A DNA stretch of 64,000 bases from the NCBI GenBank assembly GCA_963713615.1, contig CAVQMM010000001.1, positions 3,200,001-3,264,000 of the forward strand, in the 5' to 3' direction. Below are positions 19,572-29,906 of this stretch, piece by piece. The first letter of the stretch is position 1; each line of letters starts with the position of its first letter. The notes under the pieces were generated by a model that was not told the DNA's origin, made no database searches, and saw nothing but the letters and a program-made list of their open reading frames with translations. A program made the position numbers and the translations under genes. The DNA comes from an uncultured Chlamydiae bacterium. GTDB lineage: Bacteria > Chlamydiota > Chlamydiia > Chlamydiales > JAJFMA01.

Positions 19572-22068
19572 AAGTCTGTTTACTTCCAGGCTTTAACTCA
19601 TCGTCAACAAACACTTGCTGAACCTTTGGTGTGCCATCATCGTAGTATTTGTTGAAGGGGCCATGGCGCTTATCGTTGCGATATGTTCCTTCAAAGGTGA
19701 GGATGCCATCAGCATTCCAGGTTCGGCTAGGGCCATTCAATTGGCCTTTGCTATATGTCGCTATAGCTGCTAGCCTACCATCTTCGTAATAGGTCTTTTC
19801 TTCCCCTTCTTTGACATCAAGGGCGTAGGTAACCTCACGCCGTAGTACTCCTGAAGGGAAGTATTCAAAAGAGGGGCCTTCGCGTTGACCTGCTACAAAA
19901 GTGGCCACAAGAACAGTGGCTCCTGATGGATTAAAAACGGCCGCTGCGCCATCCTTAAGTCCATTACGATAGAACGTACTTCCGACCTTGTTGCCTTCAC
20001 GGTCGTAGGCTCGGACTTCACCTTCGTACTGACCCGCACTGTAGTTAGCTTCTAGAGCTTTTATGCGTTCTCCTTTTTCATTGGGAGGAAAGAATAGCTG
20101 ATAGGGACCCTCAAGCCTATTATCGACATAGGATGCGATGATGACTTCACCAGATCCTTTTTTCTCGAAATGGCGTCCTTGCACGAGGCCATTTTCGTAG
20201 TCGGTCTGTTGGAGGAGTTCTCCATCGCGAGCCCAGAGTTCTTTAATGCCATGGGAAATGCCCTGGCGGTACCTCATGATGGATTGCTTGGTTCCATCAA
20301 AATAGAAAGTCAATTGATCCCCATCAAAAGCATTCTCGCGATAGCTCAGTTGCCGAGAGATCTGAGGTTTTTCCTGTGTAGGTAGGAGCGGGTAGTATTC
20401 CAACCATGGTCCCGAGGCAGCCCCTTTTGCGTATAGACCTTCGGTTTTAAGTGATCCTTCCGGATACCACTCGCGCCAAGGCCCCTCCAAGAGGCCATTG
20501 ACGTAGGTAACACTGCGTTGTAGCTGGCCGTTGGGGTAATAAAGCTCTTCTTTATTCGATGGCTTACCTTCTACGAAGCTAGCCTTGCGCTTGAGCTGTC
20601 CAGAGGGATACCACTCCTCCCAAGATCCATCAGGAATGCCACTGATGTAGTGGGCAGACAGGACTAATGTGCCATCTTCATCCCACTCGCGACGCTCGCC
20701 TTCTTCAAGCCCTTCTGAATAACTCGCGCGGCTCTTTTGGTGGCCATCACCAAACCAAAGCTGTACCATTCCATCTCGAGCGCCATTGCGCGAGGGTATA
20801 GAAGCAACTAGCACTCCACTGCTATTCCACTCTTCATAAAGGCCATGCCGCATTCCTAGTTGGTAACTAGCTCGTTTTTTGAGGCTACCATTAGCGTAAA
20901 AGTCCTCTTGTGGACCCTCAAATTCGCCTTTGGAATAGTGATAGCGATGTTTTAACTGTCCATCCGGATAGTACTGTAAGTATTCTCCGGTTAATGCTCC
21001 GTTAGCTAGGCGGTATTGCGTCATCTTGGTGCCGTTGGGATACCACTCCACGATAGGCTGTAGGAGATGTCCTTGACGGTCGTAACGCGCTAAATAGATG
21101 GTGGCACCCGTCTCAGCATCTTTGCGGTAATGCTCGCCAACAGGAACGCCTTGAAGGTATTCTCCTTGCCCTAGCAATGTGCCATCGGCACCAAAGAAGG
21201 ATTCCTTACCTATCCGATCTCCATTCTTATAGTGTTGATGGTAGCTTTCTTGCCCACTGGCATAATACCGGACATGTGTGCCGCAGGGTTGTCCTCGGCG
21301 AAAAGCTTGGGTTTCGACGACGTGATGTTCTTCGTCGTATAGGGTCAAAGCAGGCGTAGTTCCATTATCCTGCAGCAGGCCGGCCTCGAAGAAACGGCGC
21401 AATTTGACCCCCTGTGACTCATACCATTCGAGAGCCTCCCCATTTGGTAGCCCATTGACATAGGTCATGGCGAGAGATTTTTGTCCCTTGGCGGAATAGC
21501 AGGTAAAGGGCCCGTCAAGCTTTCCAGCGCTGTAACGACCTTCTGAGACTACGAGTCCGTTAGGATGATAATCTTTGAATTCCCCATCTAAAAGACCGTT
21601 TGAGTAGGATGCCCTGGTCTGCGCCTGTCCACTTTGATAGTAGCATTGATAGGCCCCATGCAAAACACCTTCGTGATAGGCCACGATAGATGCCACGCTT
21701 CCATTGGGATAGTAGGTGACGGCATGTCCGTGAGGGATAACGGTTGTACCTAAAGCGACAGCGGATGGATGTTTGGCCCCTACCACGGTGAGATCTACTT
21801 CTTCGCGGACTGTACCGGCTTCATCAAAGGTGACTAGCTGAATGGGAGCGTTCCCACCGCCTTGTGCTAGCGGAGCGTAGAATAGAATGTTCCTAGGCTG
21901 TCCCCCAGAGTATGTCACTAGCGTCTTCGCTATCCAGTTAGGCTGACGCTTTTGGATAATACCGGGTGGCAGAAGATTGATGGTTAATGTCGAATCTGCC
22001 GCGGGTAACAAGGTAAACACAAAGCTACCTGCTACCAGCCAATAAGCTATTTTACGCAACATCGTCAA
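19528..22068 (-). CDS. Exported MORN-variant repeat protein (YwqK-like repeats)
   Basis: Signal peptide; many YYPNG..K....Y.NG..EG repeats. Confidence 0.85.
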   Translation of the reverse strand: MTMLRKIAYWLVAGSFVFTLLPAADSTLTINLLPPGIIQKRQPNWIAKTLVTYSGGQPRNILFYAPLAQGGGNAPIQLVTFDEAGTVREEVDLTVVGAKHPSAVALGTTVIPHGHAVTYYPNGSVASIVAYHEGVLHGAYQCYYQSGQAQTRASYSNGLLDGEFKDYHPNGLVVSEGRYSAGKLDGPFTCYSAKGQKSLAMTYVNGLPNGEALEWYESQGVKLRRFFEAGLLQDNGTTPALTLYDEEHHVVETQAFRRGQPCGTHVRYYASGQESYHQHYKNGDRIGKESFFGADGTLLGQGEYLQGVPVGEHYRKDAETGATIYLARYDRQGHLLQPIVEWYPNGTKMTQYRLANGALTGEYLQYYPDGQLKHRYHYSKGEFEGPQEDFYANGSLKKRASYQLGMRHGLYEEWNSSGVLVASIPSRNGARDGMVQLWFGDGHQKSRASYSEGLEEGERREWDEDGTLVLSAHYISGIPDGSWEEWYPSGQLKRKASFVEGKPSNKEELYYPNGQLQRSVTYVNGLLEGPWREWYPEGSLKTEGLYAKGAASGPWLEYYPLLPTQEKPQISRQLSYRENAFDGDQLTFYFDGTKQSIMRYRQGISHGIKELWARDGELLQQTDYENGLVQGRHFEKKGSGEVIIASYVDNRLEGPYQLFFPPNEKGERIKALEANYSAGQYEGEVRAYDREGNKVGSTFYRNGLKDGAAAVFNPSGATVLVATFVAGQREGPSFEYFPSGVLRREVTYALDVKEGEEKTYYEDGRLAAIATYSKGQLNGPSRTWNADGILTFEGTYRNDKRHGPFNKYYDDGTPKVQQVFVDDELKPGSKQTFAPDGSKTEKESAS

Positions 22069-22171
22069 AACCTGGTCTTAGAGAGTTAATGTTCATGTGA
22101 TTATGACTGATGCTGCACTTATTCTCAAGGAACGGCTCGTGTCGCTTTTTTTGGAGTAACACAAGCCCGAA

Positions 22172-23491
22172 TCAAGGAGGTAAGGCATACTCTACTTCAG
22201 CACGCTCTTCTGCTGATGGGTCTGAGAGTTTACGCACTTCGTTGTTACGCCATTTATCAACAGTCTTCTGCCACGCCATCACATCGTATGGGTTGTTAAA
22301 TGGTCTATACCACGAACTACTCTGGACTTTGATGCCAAGGCGATCGGTCAGGTTTCTCACAAACGTCGCGCAGTTTTCACCACCAATACTCAAAATCTGG
22401 TACTTTCCAGGTTTTTGCTGGTAGTCCCTGATATAGGCTAGGGTTTCGTCGAACTGCTCCTGCGTAATCTTAATGGGTGTCGTAACGATCTTGTCTGGGT
22501 CGCCTGCTATTTCCATTAAATCAGGACTGGTGGCGTGACCTTCTTCAGGTTTAAGGTGCTTTGCTGCCGATATCAAATCGCTTATGGGCGTATTACCCCA
22601 GTACCCAATGCTATAGAAATCGCCTTCAGGATTGACCAGCCTGATCCAATTATGCGGAGGAAAAGTGTCGATAGAGACCACTTCAAGAACATATTGATGA
22701 TGATACAGGTTAGGATCCACTTTTTTGAATGGGACTACCTCAGTGGATGGCTGCCCAGGCACTAATCCTTCAGAGGTATAGAAATAGTTAGTCAGTTTGC
22801 CTTTGGAATCAACCTTCACATTGTCTTTAATCTCAGACCACGGTTTCATCACCCCCATGACCATCAGCTCCGGCATGCCCTCAGAGTTTACTTCGACTTT
22901 TTGGTTGTGATAGGACAGGTGTTTATAGAGGTAATTCGCTTTCACGAAAGCTTCAAAGTCGGGGTGGTCTACCAAAACCTCAGGTTCTATGCCTAGGCGT
23001 GTTGCCAGCAATTCCCGCTGTAACCCCGCAAGCCAGGCTTGATTCTTGCCTATCGGTTCTAAATGTCGAAAAAATTTGTCCGTTGCTGAGACGAAACGTC
23101 GGTCATTAGGATCTGCTTTGACGAGTTTGTTAATCCATTGACCCAGTAATTCTTGTTCCTGAGCGTAGTCCGGCACCTTCTTCTCATAGACCTTGAAGTC
23201 GGACGGTGAATAGGTGTAGATCTTGCTGATGGTGAGGCCTTCAGCGTTCCCTTCACTATCCAGGTCTACCTTCATGATGTCATCGTTGGAACTCAAATTT
23301 TCAATCAAGGCAGCTTTGGCTTTGTCCGGCCCCTCATAGACTTTGGTCTGGCTTTTATCCCAGAAACCAACGGTCTCGACGCTTTTACCTCCGATCAGCC
23401 AACCCGTCCAATCTAGGGCTATCGTTGCCGTGGGATAAGAACAAATTAAAATAAAACTTAATGTTATTGTGGAAATTCTACGCTGCAACAT
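22172..23491 (-). CDS. Exported hypothetical protein with a possible permuted papain-like C-terminal domain
   Basis: Likely start ATG 23491 with GGAGG RBS; signal peptide; HNWIRL...YQILSIGGENCATFV. Confidence 0.6.
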   Translation of the reverse strand: MLQRRISTITLSFILICSYPTATIALDWTGWLIGGKSVETVGFWDKSQTKVYEGPDKAKAALIENLSSNDDIMKVDLDSEGNAEGLTISKIYTYSPSDFKVYEKKVPDYAQEQELLGQWINKLVKADPNDRRFVSATDKFFRHLEPIGKNQAWLAGLQRELLATRLGIEPEVLVDHPDFEAFVKANYLYKHLSYHNQKVEVNSEGMPELMVMGVMKPWSEIKDNVKVDSKGKLTNYFYTSEGLVPGQPSTEVVPFKKVDPNLYHHQYVLEVVSIDTFPPHNWIRLVNPEGDFYSIGYWGNTPISDLISAAKHLKPEEGHATSPDLMEIAGDPDKIVTTPIKITQEQFDETLAYIRDYQQKPGKYQILSIGGENCATFVRNLTDRLGIKVQSSSWYRPFNNPYDVMAWQKTVDKWRNNEVRKLSDPSAEERAEVEYALPP

Positions 23492-23577
23492 AGTAGACCT
23501 CCCCTTTAAATTAACCCCATTATAAGCTAATTTAATATTTTTGTGGGAAATCATAAGAGGGGCAACGTTTAGCATTT

Positions 23578-24747
23578 TTATGCTAGAACAGCTTCGGGTT
23601 CGGGCTGGTCCTGGGGCAAGCGAATTGCTATCCCTAACCCGACAACATTTAACAAGCCCATCACCATGAGGGTCTGAACTGGAGCATATTCAGGAGGGAA
23701 CAGCTTAGTAAGAATACCGCTGGCGGGAGCCAGGCTCTCTGCGACACACCAGACCATTCCCATGGCGAAGGCGCTAATCAGGCCGGGCTGACCAGGCAGC
23801 AAGCGATGTCCTAGAGCGAGACCTAGCGGAGCTACGGTATTAAAAGCAGCACCAAGTGCAGCTAATAGGATTAACATCAGCCATGGACTGGTGATTCCGA
23901 GTCCGAGCCAAAGGAAGAAGAAGAGTAAGCTGGCTGCCATCGAGACAACGATAACCGTTTTGGATGAATAAGCATCAGCCAGAAGTCCCGCCGGGACTAG
24001 CATAAGAGCTCCACCCATAATGAAAGCGAGGTGTCCTCCACCAAAGCTTATCCAGTCTTCACATCCCATGGCATGTAGCACATCTGGCAATAGGAAAATG
24101 GTGGCCCAATAGAGACCTTGGTTACACACCAATACCCAATAGAGGCAGCGTAGATCAGCCCGTTTGAATAGTTTTAGAACGGCAGAAAAGCTAGTTTTTG
24201 TAGCTCCACTTTTATCGCGCAATTGACCCGGTAGGAAGTAGCATGCCGGGATCAATAACAACATAGGGATGGTGAGGACGGCAGTATTGCCATCCAGATG
24301 CTGGTAAGTATGGTAGAAACAGATCTGACTAATGGCTAATCCTAACGCGCCACCAGAGGCAAAAATCGTAAAGAAGAGGCCTCGGCGCGTGCGTGTCAGT
24401 GTTCCAACCAATCCCGCAGCAGAAGGATGAAAAGCACCGGAACCCAAGAATGTCGCTAATAAGAGCAGGAACAAAACAAGGTAGTCATCAGTATAAGACA
24501 TTAAGCTGCTGGCACAGACAAAGACCAATCCAAAAATAATAATGCGCTTGCGATGCCCAGAATCACTCATCGATCCAAAAAAAGCCTGGCTGCCCTCGCC
24601 AATCAAGGCGGCGATCACCCCAATGATACCTGCCTTTGCTAAGTCCAGACCTGCCATCGTCTTATAGACGGCGAAGATGCCTATCTGGAAGTCTACAAAA
24701 AAATGGGCTGCCCAGAGAGCTAGTAGCGTCAAGATGCTCTTATGCAT
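23578..24747 (-). CDS. MFS transporter (Fsr-like)
   Basis: 389 aa, ~12 TM; AAHFFVD, GSMSDSGHRK, GSGAFHP. Confidence 0.85.
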   Translation of the reverse strand: MHKSILTLLALWAAHFFVDFQIGIFAVYKTMAGLDLAKAGIIGVIAALIGEGSQAFFGSMSDSGHRKRIIIFGLVFVCASSLMSYTDDYLVLFLLLLATFLGSGAFHPSAAGLVGTLTRTRRGLFFTIFASGGALGLAISQICFYHTYQHLDGNTAVLTIPMLLLIPACYFLPGQLRDKSGATKTSFSAVLKLFKRADLRCLYWVLVCNQGLYWATIFLLPDVLHAMGCEDWISFGGGHLAFIMGGALMLVPAGLLADAYSSKTVIVVSMAASLLFFFLWLGLGITSPWLMLILLAALGAAFNTVAPLGLALGHRLLPGQPGLISAFAMGMVWCVAESLAPASGILTKLFPPEYAPVQTLMVMGLLNVVGLGIAIRLPQDQPEPEAVLA

Positions 24748-24932
24748 GATTATATTCCTGTTTTTTAGGTACTATAATGATATCACGAAACAAGCGATTA
24801 TGTAAATAAAAATAATTTTATATAGTTCGAAATTAAAATAAGGTTGAGTGATATGGTTAGTATTTGTAAACCCTAAGGCATAACTTCTCTGCTCTCATCC
24901 TACTTGCCTCCTAACGGCACACTCGCTAGAAT

Positions 24933-25094
24933 GGGCCTTATTCACCTTTGCGGTCAGTTTTCGGTCGACTGCAAAAGGATCGTCTGTCGCGTTTTGCTCC
25001 TCGGACATAGCTGGCGCTATGCCCTCGTCACAAACCACGACATCCGACCTTTTTCGTCCGACCGAAATTCTGACCGTAAAGGTGAACAAGGCCC
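24933..25094. mobile_element. 162-bp hairpin MITE, subfamily B
   Basis: TIR gggcctt(a/g)ttcacctt; 6-bp duplication TAGAAT (24927-24932 / 25095-25100); identical copy begins at 63871. Confidence 0.85.
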
Positions 25095-25106
25095 TAGAAT
25101 GCAGCT

Positions 25107-26354
25107 ATGATTACAAAATTGTGGGAGGCAGTTGCGATGAGTACTTTTGGAAACGCTCAAATTCAGCTTAAAAAGGCTGCCGATAAGCTCGGCATTGCGG
25201 AGAATGTACTTGTTGGTCTCCTGAAACCGGAGTCGGTTGAGAGTGTGTCGTTCCAAGTTCAGATGGATGATGGAACCAGCAAAACTCTGCACGGCTTTCG
25301 TGTACGCCATAACACAAATCGCGGGCCTGGAAAGGGTGGAATTCGTTTTCATCCTCAGGTTGATGTTGATGAAGTGATGGCCCTAGCTAATTGGATGACC
25401 TGGAAATGCGCCGTTCTCGATGTTCCCTTTGGCGGTGGTAAGGGCGGCGTTATCGTCGATCCAAAAAAACTTAGTAAAGCGGAATTGAAGCGTGTTTCCG
25501 AAGGCTTTATGACCGCCATCGCCTCTTTCGTGGGACCAGAAAAGGACATTCCTGCTCCTGACGTTGGCACCACTGCAGAGATCATGGAATGGATGCTTGA
25601 TGCTTACAACAAGGCTGTCGGGGGCGAACATCCAGGTGTGATCACCGGTAAGCCCCTGAATCGTGGCGGTTCCGTAGGGCGCGACGACGCCACAGCTCGC
25701 GGTGGCTTCTATGTCTTGCAGCAGGTTGCTAAAGACCTCCCTCTTCCTAAGGGCGCAACCATCGCCATCCAAGGATTTGGTAATGCGGGTCAGCATATGG
25801 CCAAACTGTGCAGCGACGCTGGCTATCGCATTGTTGCTGTGACCGATTCCAGTGGGGGAGTCTCCAACCCTGAGGGGCTTGACGTCGCCAAACTTCTAGA
25901 ATACAAAAAAAATACGGGTCATGTGCATGGATTTCCAGGGAAAGCCACTGTTAACGAGGCCTTGCTAGAGCTTCCTGTGGATATCTTGGTTCCTGCGGCT
26001 CTTGAGAACCAGATCACCGCTATCAATGCCGACAGAATAAAAGCGAAGGTCGTTCTAGAGCTCGCTAACGGTCCCACAACCCCTGAAGCAGATGAAATTC
26101 TCTTCAAAAAAGGCATTCTTGTGCTGCCAGATATTCTTGCCAATGCCGGTGGCGTAACAGTCAGCTTCTTCGAGTGGTACCAAAACCAAAATGATGAGCA
26201 TTGGACATTGGAACAAGTGCACAAGAAGCTCTTTGATAAGATGACAGCAGCTGCTAAAGCGGTCTTTGATACAGCCAAAAAATCTAAGGTGGATTTGCGC
26301 ACCGCCGCCCTGATGGTAGCGCTACAAAGAGTCATCGCTGCTAAGGCAAAATAG
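25107..26354 (+). CDS. gdhA: Glu/Leu/Phe/Val dehydrogenase (glutamate dehydrogenase)
   Basis: RGPGKGGIRFHP, MTWKCA..PFGGGKGG, DIPAPDVGT, IQGFGNAG, ELANGPTT; real start may be 25137. Confidence 0.9.
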   Translation: MITKLWEAVAMSTFGNAQIQLKKAADKLGIAENVLVGLLKPESVESVSFQVQMDDGTSKTLHGFRVRHNTNRGPGKGGIRFHPQVDVDEVMALANWMTWKCAVLDVPFGGGKGGVIVDPKKLSKAELKRVSEGFMTAIASFVGPEKDIPAPDVGTTAEIMEWMLDAYNKAVGGEHPGVITGKPLNRGGSVGRDDATARGGFYVLQQVAKDLPLPKGATIAIQGFGNAGQHMAKLCSDAGYRIVAVTDSSGGVSNPEGLDVAKLLEYKKNTGHVHGFPGKATVNEALLELPVDILVPAALENQITAINADRIKAKVVLELANGPTTPEADEILFKKGILVLPDILANAGGVTVSFFEWYQNQNDEHWTLEQVHKKLFDKMTAAAKAVFDTAKKSKVDLRTAALMVALQRVIAAKAK

Positions 26355-26355
26355 C

Positions 26356-27267
26356 ATGGTTGGGCGGTACATCGATCGAGACGTCCTGAAGTCTGCATGT
26401 CCGGCCCATCCCATCACGCGCTTCGCACCGAGTCCAACCGGCTATCTTCACATGGGCCATGTGCTATCCATGGCGTATGTGTTCGGTGTTGCAGAGATCA
26501 TCGGCGCCAAAGTGATCCTGCGCATCGAAGATCACGATCGCCAGCGCTGCCGCAAAGAATATGAACAGGCTATCCTCGACGATATGGCTTGGTTGGGATT
26601 TGTTCCACATAACTGGTCGGACATCTCTCGTCAGAGTGGGCGTGCAGAGCGCTACCAAGAAATTATAGCGAATCTGTGGGAGCAACAGCTGGTCTACCGC
26701 TGTGCATGCAGTCGTAAGCAGATTCTGGCTACATCTACAGCGGCTCAAGAACTATTCTATCCAGGGCTCTGTCGCGGAAAATCCCTTGTAGAAGCCAAGG
26801 GATGTGGCATTCGCCTGAAAACTAGTGATCAGAGCTTTCAGTGGAACGACCTGCTTCTTGGAGCTCATCGTCAGATTCCTGCTCAGCAATGCGGAGATTT
26901 CTTGCTACAAGATCACCTAAAGAATTACACATACAATTTCGCGGTTGTGGTAGACGATATTGACCAAGGAGTCAATGTGGTGGTGCGTGGAGAGGACTTG
27001 CTGCACTGCACAGCGCGGCAGATGTTGTTATCGGAATTATTAGGTGGAGTTCAACCCATCACCTTCGCACATCACCCCTTGCTCATTGATCCGGATGGCA
27101 ACAAGCTTAGCAAACGCTTCTTGTCGGAAGGGGTTATTCAACGTCGGCTGCGCGGTGACTCAGCGGACGTTGTCTTGGGTGAAGCGCTTTGGCTGGCGGG
27201 ATTATTGTCCAAAAAACGGCCTATAAAAGCCCAGGATGTTCCAGACGTCCTTATGGGCAACAGATAG
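26356..27267 (+). CDS. gluQ: Glutamyl-Q tRNA(Asp) synthetase-like protein (GluRS catalytic domain only)
   Basis: RFAPSPTGYLHMGH, LRIEDHD, VVRGEDL, KLSKR; 303 aa, no anticodon-binding domain. Confidence 0.75.
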   Translation: MVGRYIDRDVLKSACPAHPITRFAPSPTGYLHMGHVLSMAYVFGVAEIIGAKVILRIEDHDRQRCRKEYEQAILDDMAWLGFVPHNWSDISRQSGRAERYQEIIANLWEQQLVYRCACSRKQILATSTAAQELFYPGLCRGKSLVEAKGCGIRLKTSDQSFQWNDLLLGAHRQIPAQQCGDFLLQDHLKNYTYNFAVVVDDIDQGVNVVVRGEDLLHCTARQMLLSELLGGVQPITFAHHPLLIDPDGNKLSKRFLSEGVIQRRLRGDSADVVLGEALWLAGLLSKKRPIKAQDVPDVLMGNR

Positions 27268-27277
27268 AGGGGGCATC

Positions 27278-27490
27278 ATGCGCTGGTATCAATACCTAGG
27301 GTTCTCATCGTGGGGAGGCCTTGTTGAACTCCTGGTGGCCCTTTTTATGGGTGGTTTAGCTTTCTCATACGGTAACATCAACGTCTTTGAGCGATACTTC
27401 TATGCTTTCCTCGTTTTCGTCATGACTTGGTTGTTGGCATGGATGGTACGTTGGACCTGTGTCTGGATTGGGGAATCCCTGAAGAAATAA
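27278..27490 (+). CDS. Small two-TM membrane protein
   Basis: ATG after GAGGGG RBS; hydrophobic; fills the operon gap. Confidence 0.55.
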   Translation: MRWYQYLGFSSWGGLVELLVALFMGGLAFSYGNINVFERYFYAFLVFVMTWLLAWMVRWTCVWIGESLKK

Positions 27491-27502
27491 GGAATAGGAT
27501 GT

Positions 27503-28510
27503 ATGAATCTTGTAGATCGCCTTCAAGACCTTCAGGGCGTTGACTATCCCTGTCAGTCACGTGTACATCGGTTGCCAAGTTTTGATACCGACACCTGTTC
27601 GTGTTATGTCAAACGCGATGATGAACTCGGCTTTGGCATTTCAGGGACTAAGGTGCGTAAGTACCGTTCGTTGCTGCCGTTTCTGCTAAAAGAGCGTTTT
27701 GATGAAGTCATCGTCATTGGTGGGGTGAATTCTAACAATGTCCTCGGTCTTGTGCAGCTCTTAATTGAAAACCGTATTGCTCCGCGGCTTTTTTTGCGTG
27801 GAGATCCCTCACGCCCTACTGTGGGCAATGGCTTTTTAACACGTATGCTTGTCAGCGAATCTGTCGTTCGGTGGTTGTCTCGTGAAGAATGGACTCATGT
27901 TGAAGAGTTAGCCCATCAGTATGCCCGGGAGCAGGAAACTTTAGGAAGGCGCGTCTTTGTGGTGCCAGAGGGAGCCTCCTGTGAGCAGTCTTTGGCAGGG
28001 TCTCTGACATTAGCATTGGACATTCAGCGTAACGAAGAGCAGGTAGCGCACCCTCTAGAGCATATTTTCATTGATGCTGGTACGGGATTGTCGGCTATTG
28101 GACTGCTGTTGGGATTGGCCTATACGAAGGCCTCTAACCACACGCATGTTCTCCTACTTGCCGATGACGAAGCAGCATTCTTGGAACGCCTTAAGTCCTT
28201 TCATGACCTATTTGAGAAGTCCATTGCTCAGCCCTGTCCGATGCCGCATCGATTTACACTTTATCATCCGGAGAATGCTCCTAGCTTTGGTTCCACTAAT
28301 GCACGCGTGTGGCAAGAAATACGTGATGTTGCGCGATGTGAGGGCTTCTTTCTGGACCCTATTTATTCCGCGAAGCTGTTTGTTGAGGCGCGTCGCATTC
28401 TGACACAGCAGCATCTTGTGGGACACTCTCTCTTGGTCCATGGGGGCGGTGCCCTTGCATTGGCTGGCTTTCAGGCGCAGCTGCAGTCACGTGGGGGCCT
28501 CAGCCCATAA
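27503..28510 (+). CDS. D-cysteine desulfhydrase / ACC deaminase family PLP enzyme
   Basis: YVKRDD..GFGISGTKVRK, SNN, DAGTG, LDPIYSAK, HGGG. Confidence 0.85.
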   Translation: MNLVDRLQDLQGVDYPCQSRVHRLPSFDTDTCSCYVKRDDELGFGISGTKVRKYRSLLPFLLKERFDEVIVIGGVNSNNVLGLVQLLIENRIAPRLFLRGDPSRPTVGNGFLTRMLVSESVVRWLSREEWTHVEELAHQYAREQETLGRRVFVVPEGASCEQSLAGSLTLALDIQRNEEQVAHPLEHIFIDAGTGLSAIGLLLGLAYTKASNHTHVLLLADDEAAFLERLKSFHDLFEKSIAQPCPMPHRFTLYHPENAPSFGSTNARVWQEIRDVARCEGFFLDPIYSAKLFVEARRILTQQHLVGHSLLVHGGGALALAGFQAQLQSRGGLSP

Positions 28511-28514
28511 GGGA

Positions 28515-28640
28515 TTTTTTACCACAGAGGCCACCGAGACGCCGAGATAGGAGAGAGAGGAAGAAGGAGTAGCTTTTAATAAAAAAATATTCCTTCTTCC
28601 TCTCCTCTCTCGGCGTCTCGGTGACCTCTGTGGTAAAAAA
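28515..28640. repeat. ACCACAGAG family inverted repeat between convergent genes
   Basis: ttttaccacagaggccaccgagacgccgaga...tctcggcgtctcggtgacctctgtggtaaaa; a half copy lies at 39317-39362. Confidence 0.85.
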
Positions 28641-28647
28641 AAAAGCT

Positions 28648-29796
28648 TCACAATCTTAATTTGATTCGTTGACAATCTTTCAGGGCGAGAACGGTGGTTC
28701 GCTCGTCCAAGGGAAAAGTCTCTTCTATAGGAGTGACTATGAATAAATGGTCTAAAGATAATGATTCACGCGCACTGGCCATGGATTTGGTGAGCTTGGG
28801 TTGGTCTGTACACTTAAATTCGAAACCTAAACGGCGGCCTTGATAGGATACAAACAGGTCTAGCTCAGCTTCCTGATGCGTTGCCCAAAAATAACATTCT
28901 TCTGGGCGCAGCTGCAGGGCCTTGGTCACCTCCTCTAGCGCAAAACCCTCCCAGGAAGCTCCTTTGCGAATGTCCATGACCAATTCCTCATAGCTTTTTA
29001 TAAACAGTAATCGATGCAGGATGCCTGAATCACGAATATAAATTTTTGGAGTCTTCACCAACCGTTTACTACCATTTTCATGCCAAGGTGACAGCGTTCG
29101 GATCATGAACGTCCCTTCTAATAGGGCCAGGTAGTTTTTTAGCGTTGGTACAGGTACCTCAAGAAACTGTGCCATGTTCGAGTAATTCATTATGTTGCCA
29201 TGATACTGTGCCAGCATAGCCCACAGGCGTAGGATGCGCTGCGGGGGCAGATTCATGCCAAGATTCGCTAAGTCCCTTTCAAAGTAGGTCTGCATATAGA
29301 CCTCCCTCCAACGATCGCTCGCGGTATCCGAGCTTGCAAGGAATGACCGCGGAAACCCCCCGCGCGACCATAATTTCTTTTGGTCTTCCACTTCCGAGAG
29401 CTGAAAAGGAGTGACGTTGATATAGGCGATTCGGCCCGCCAGCGTCTCAGAGCTCTGTTGCAAGAGCTCTCGCGAAGCACTTCCTAAAATAAGAAATTTC
29501 AAGGGTCGATTATCGACAACAACGCGTAGATAGGGGAACAGGTCGGGTCGGCGCTGGATTTCATCAATGATCACTAAACCCGTTAATGCCTCAAACGTTA
29601 GCTTTGGATTCTCTAGCTTAGCCAGATCCGTGTAGTCTTCCAAATCAAAATAATGGACCGTTCCTGGATAGGTTTGGGCAAACTGATGCGCGATAGTGGT
29701 CTTTCCGCATTGTCGGGGCCCTAATAGGGCGCAGACAGGAATGATTTCCAAGTCTTCAGCAATTTGTTGTAAATACGACTGGCGAATTTTTTCCAT
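28648..29796 (-). CDS. AAA+ ATPase (AAA_14 + DUF4143 type)
   Basis: GPRQCGKTT, VIIDEIQ, ILGSAS, ETLAGR, RGGFP, PKIYIRDSG, ELDL. Confidence 0.9.
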   Translation of the reverse strand: MEKIRQSYLQQIAEDLEIIPVCALLGPRQCGKTTIAHQFAQTYPGTVHYFDLEDYTDLAKLENPKLTFEALTGLVIIDEIQRRPDLFPYLRVVVDNRPLKFLILGSASRELLQQSSETLAGRIAYINVTPFQLSEVEDQKKLWSRGGFPRSFLASSDTASDRWREVYMQTYFERDLANLGMNLPPQRILRLWAMLAQYHGNIMNYSNMAQFLEVPVPTLKNYLALLEGTFMIRTLSPWHENGSKRLVKTPKIYIRDSGILHRLLFIKSYEELVMDIRKGASWEGFALEEVTKALQLRPEECYFWATHQEAELDLFVSYQGRRLGFEFKCTDQPKLTKSMASARESLSLDHLFIVTPIEETFPLDERTTVLALKDCQRIKLRL

Positions 29797-29906
29797 AGGA
29801 CATCTTCCATGAACGAGGTGGTATTAACAATGAAGTATTTCAGAACGTTGCCCATTTATCCATGAAAATCCAACGAAATTGAACAGATTTTCATGGAGAT
29901 ATGGAA

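Noticed and set aside
19528..22068. Toxin-antitoxin pair (YwqK antitoxin)
   Set aside because: Only generic MORN-variant repeats in a large exported protein; no adjacent toxin recognised.
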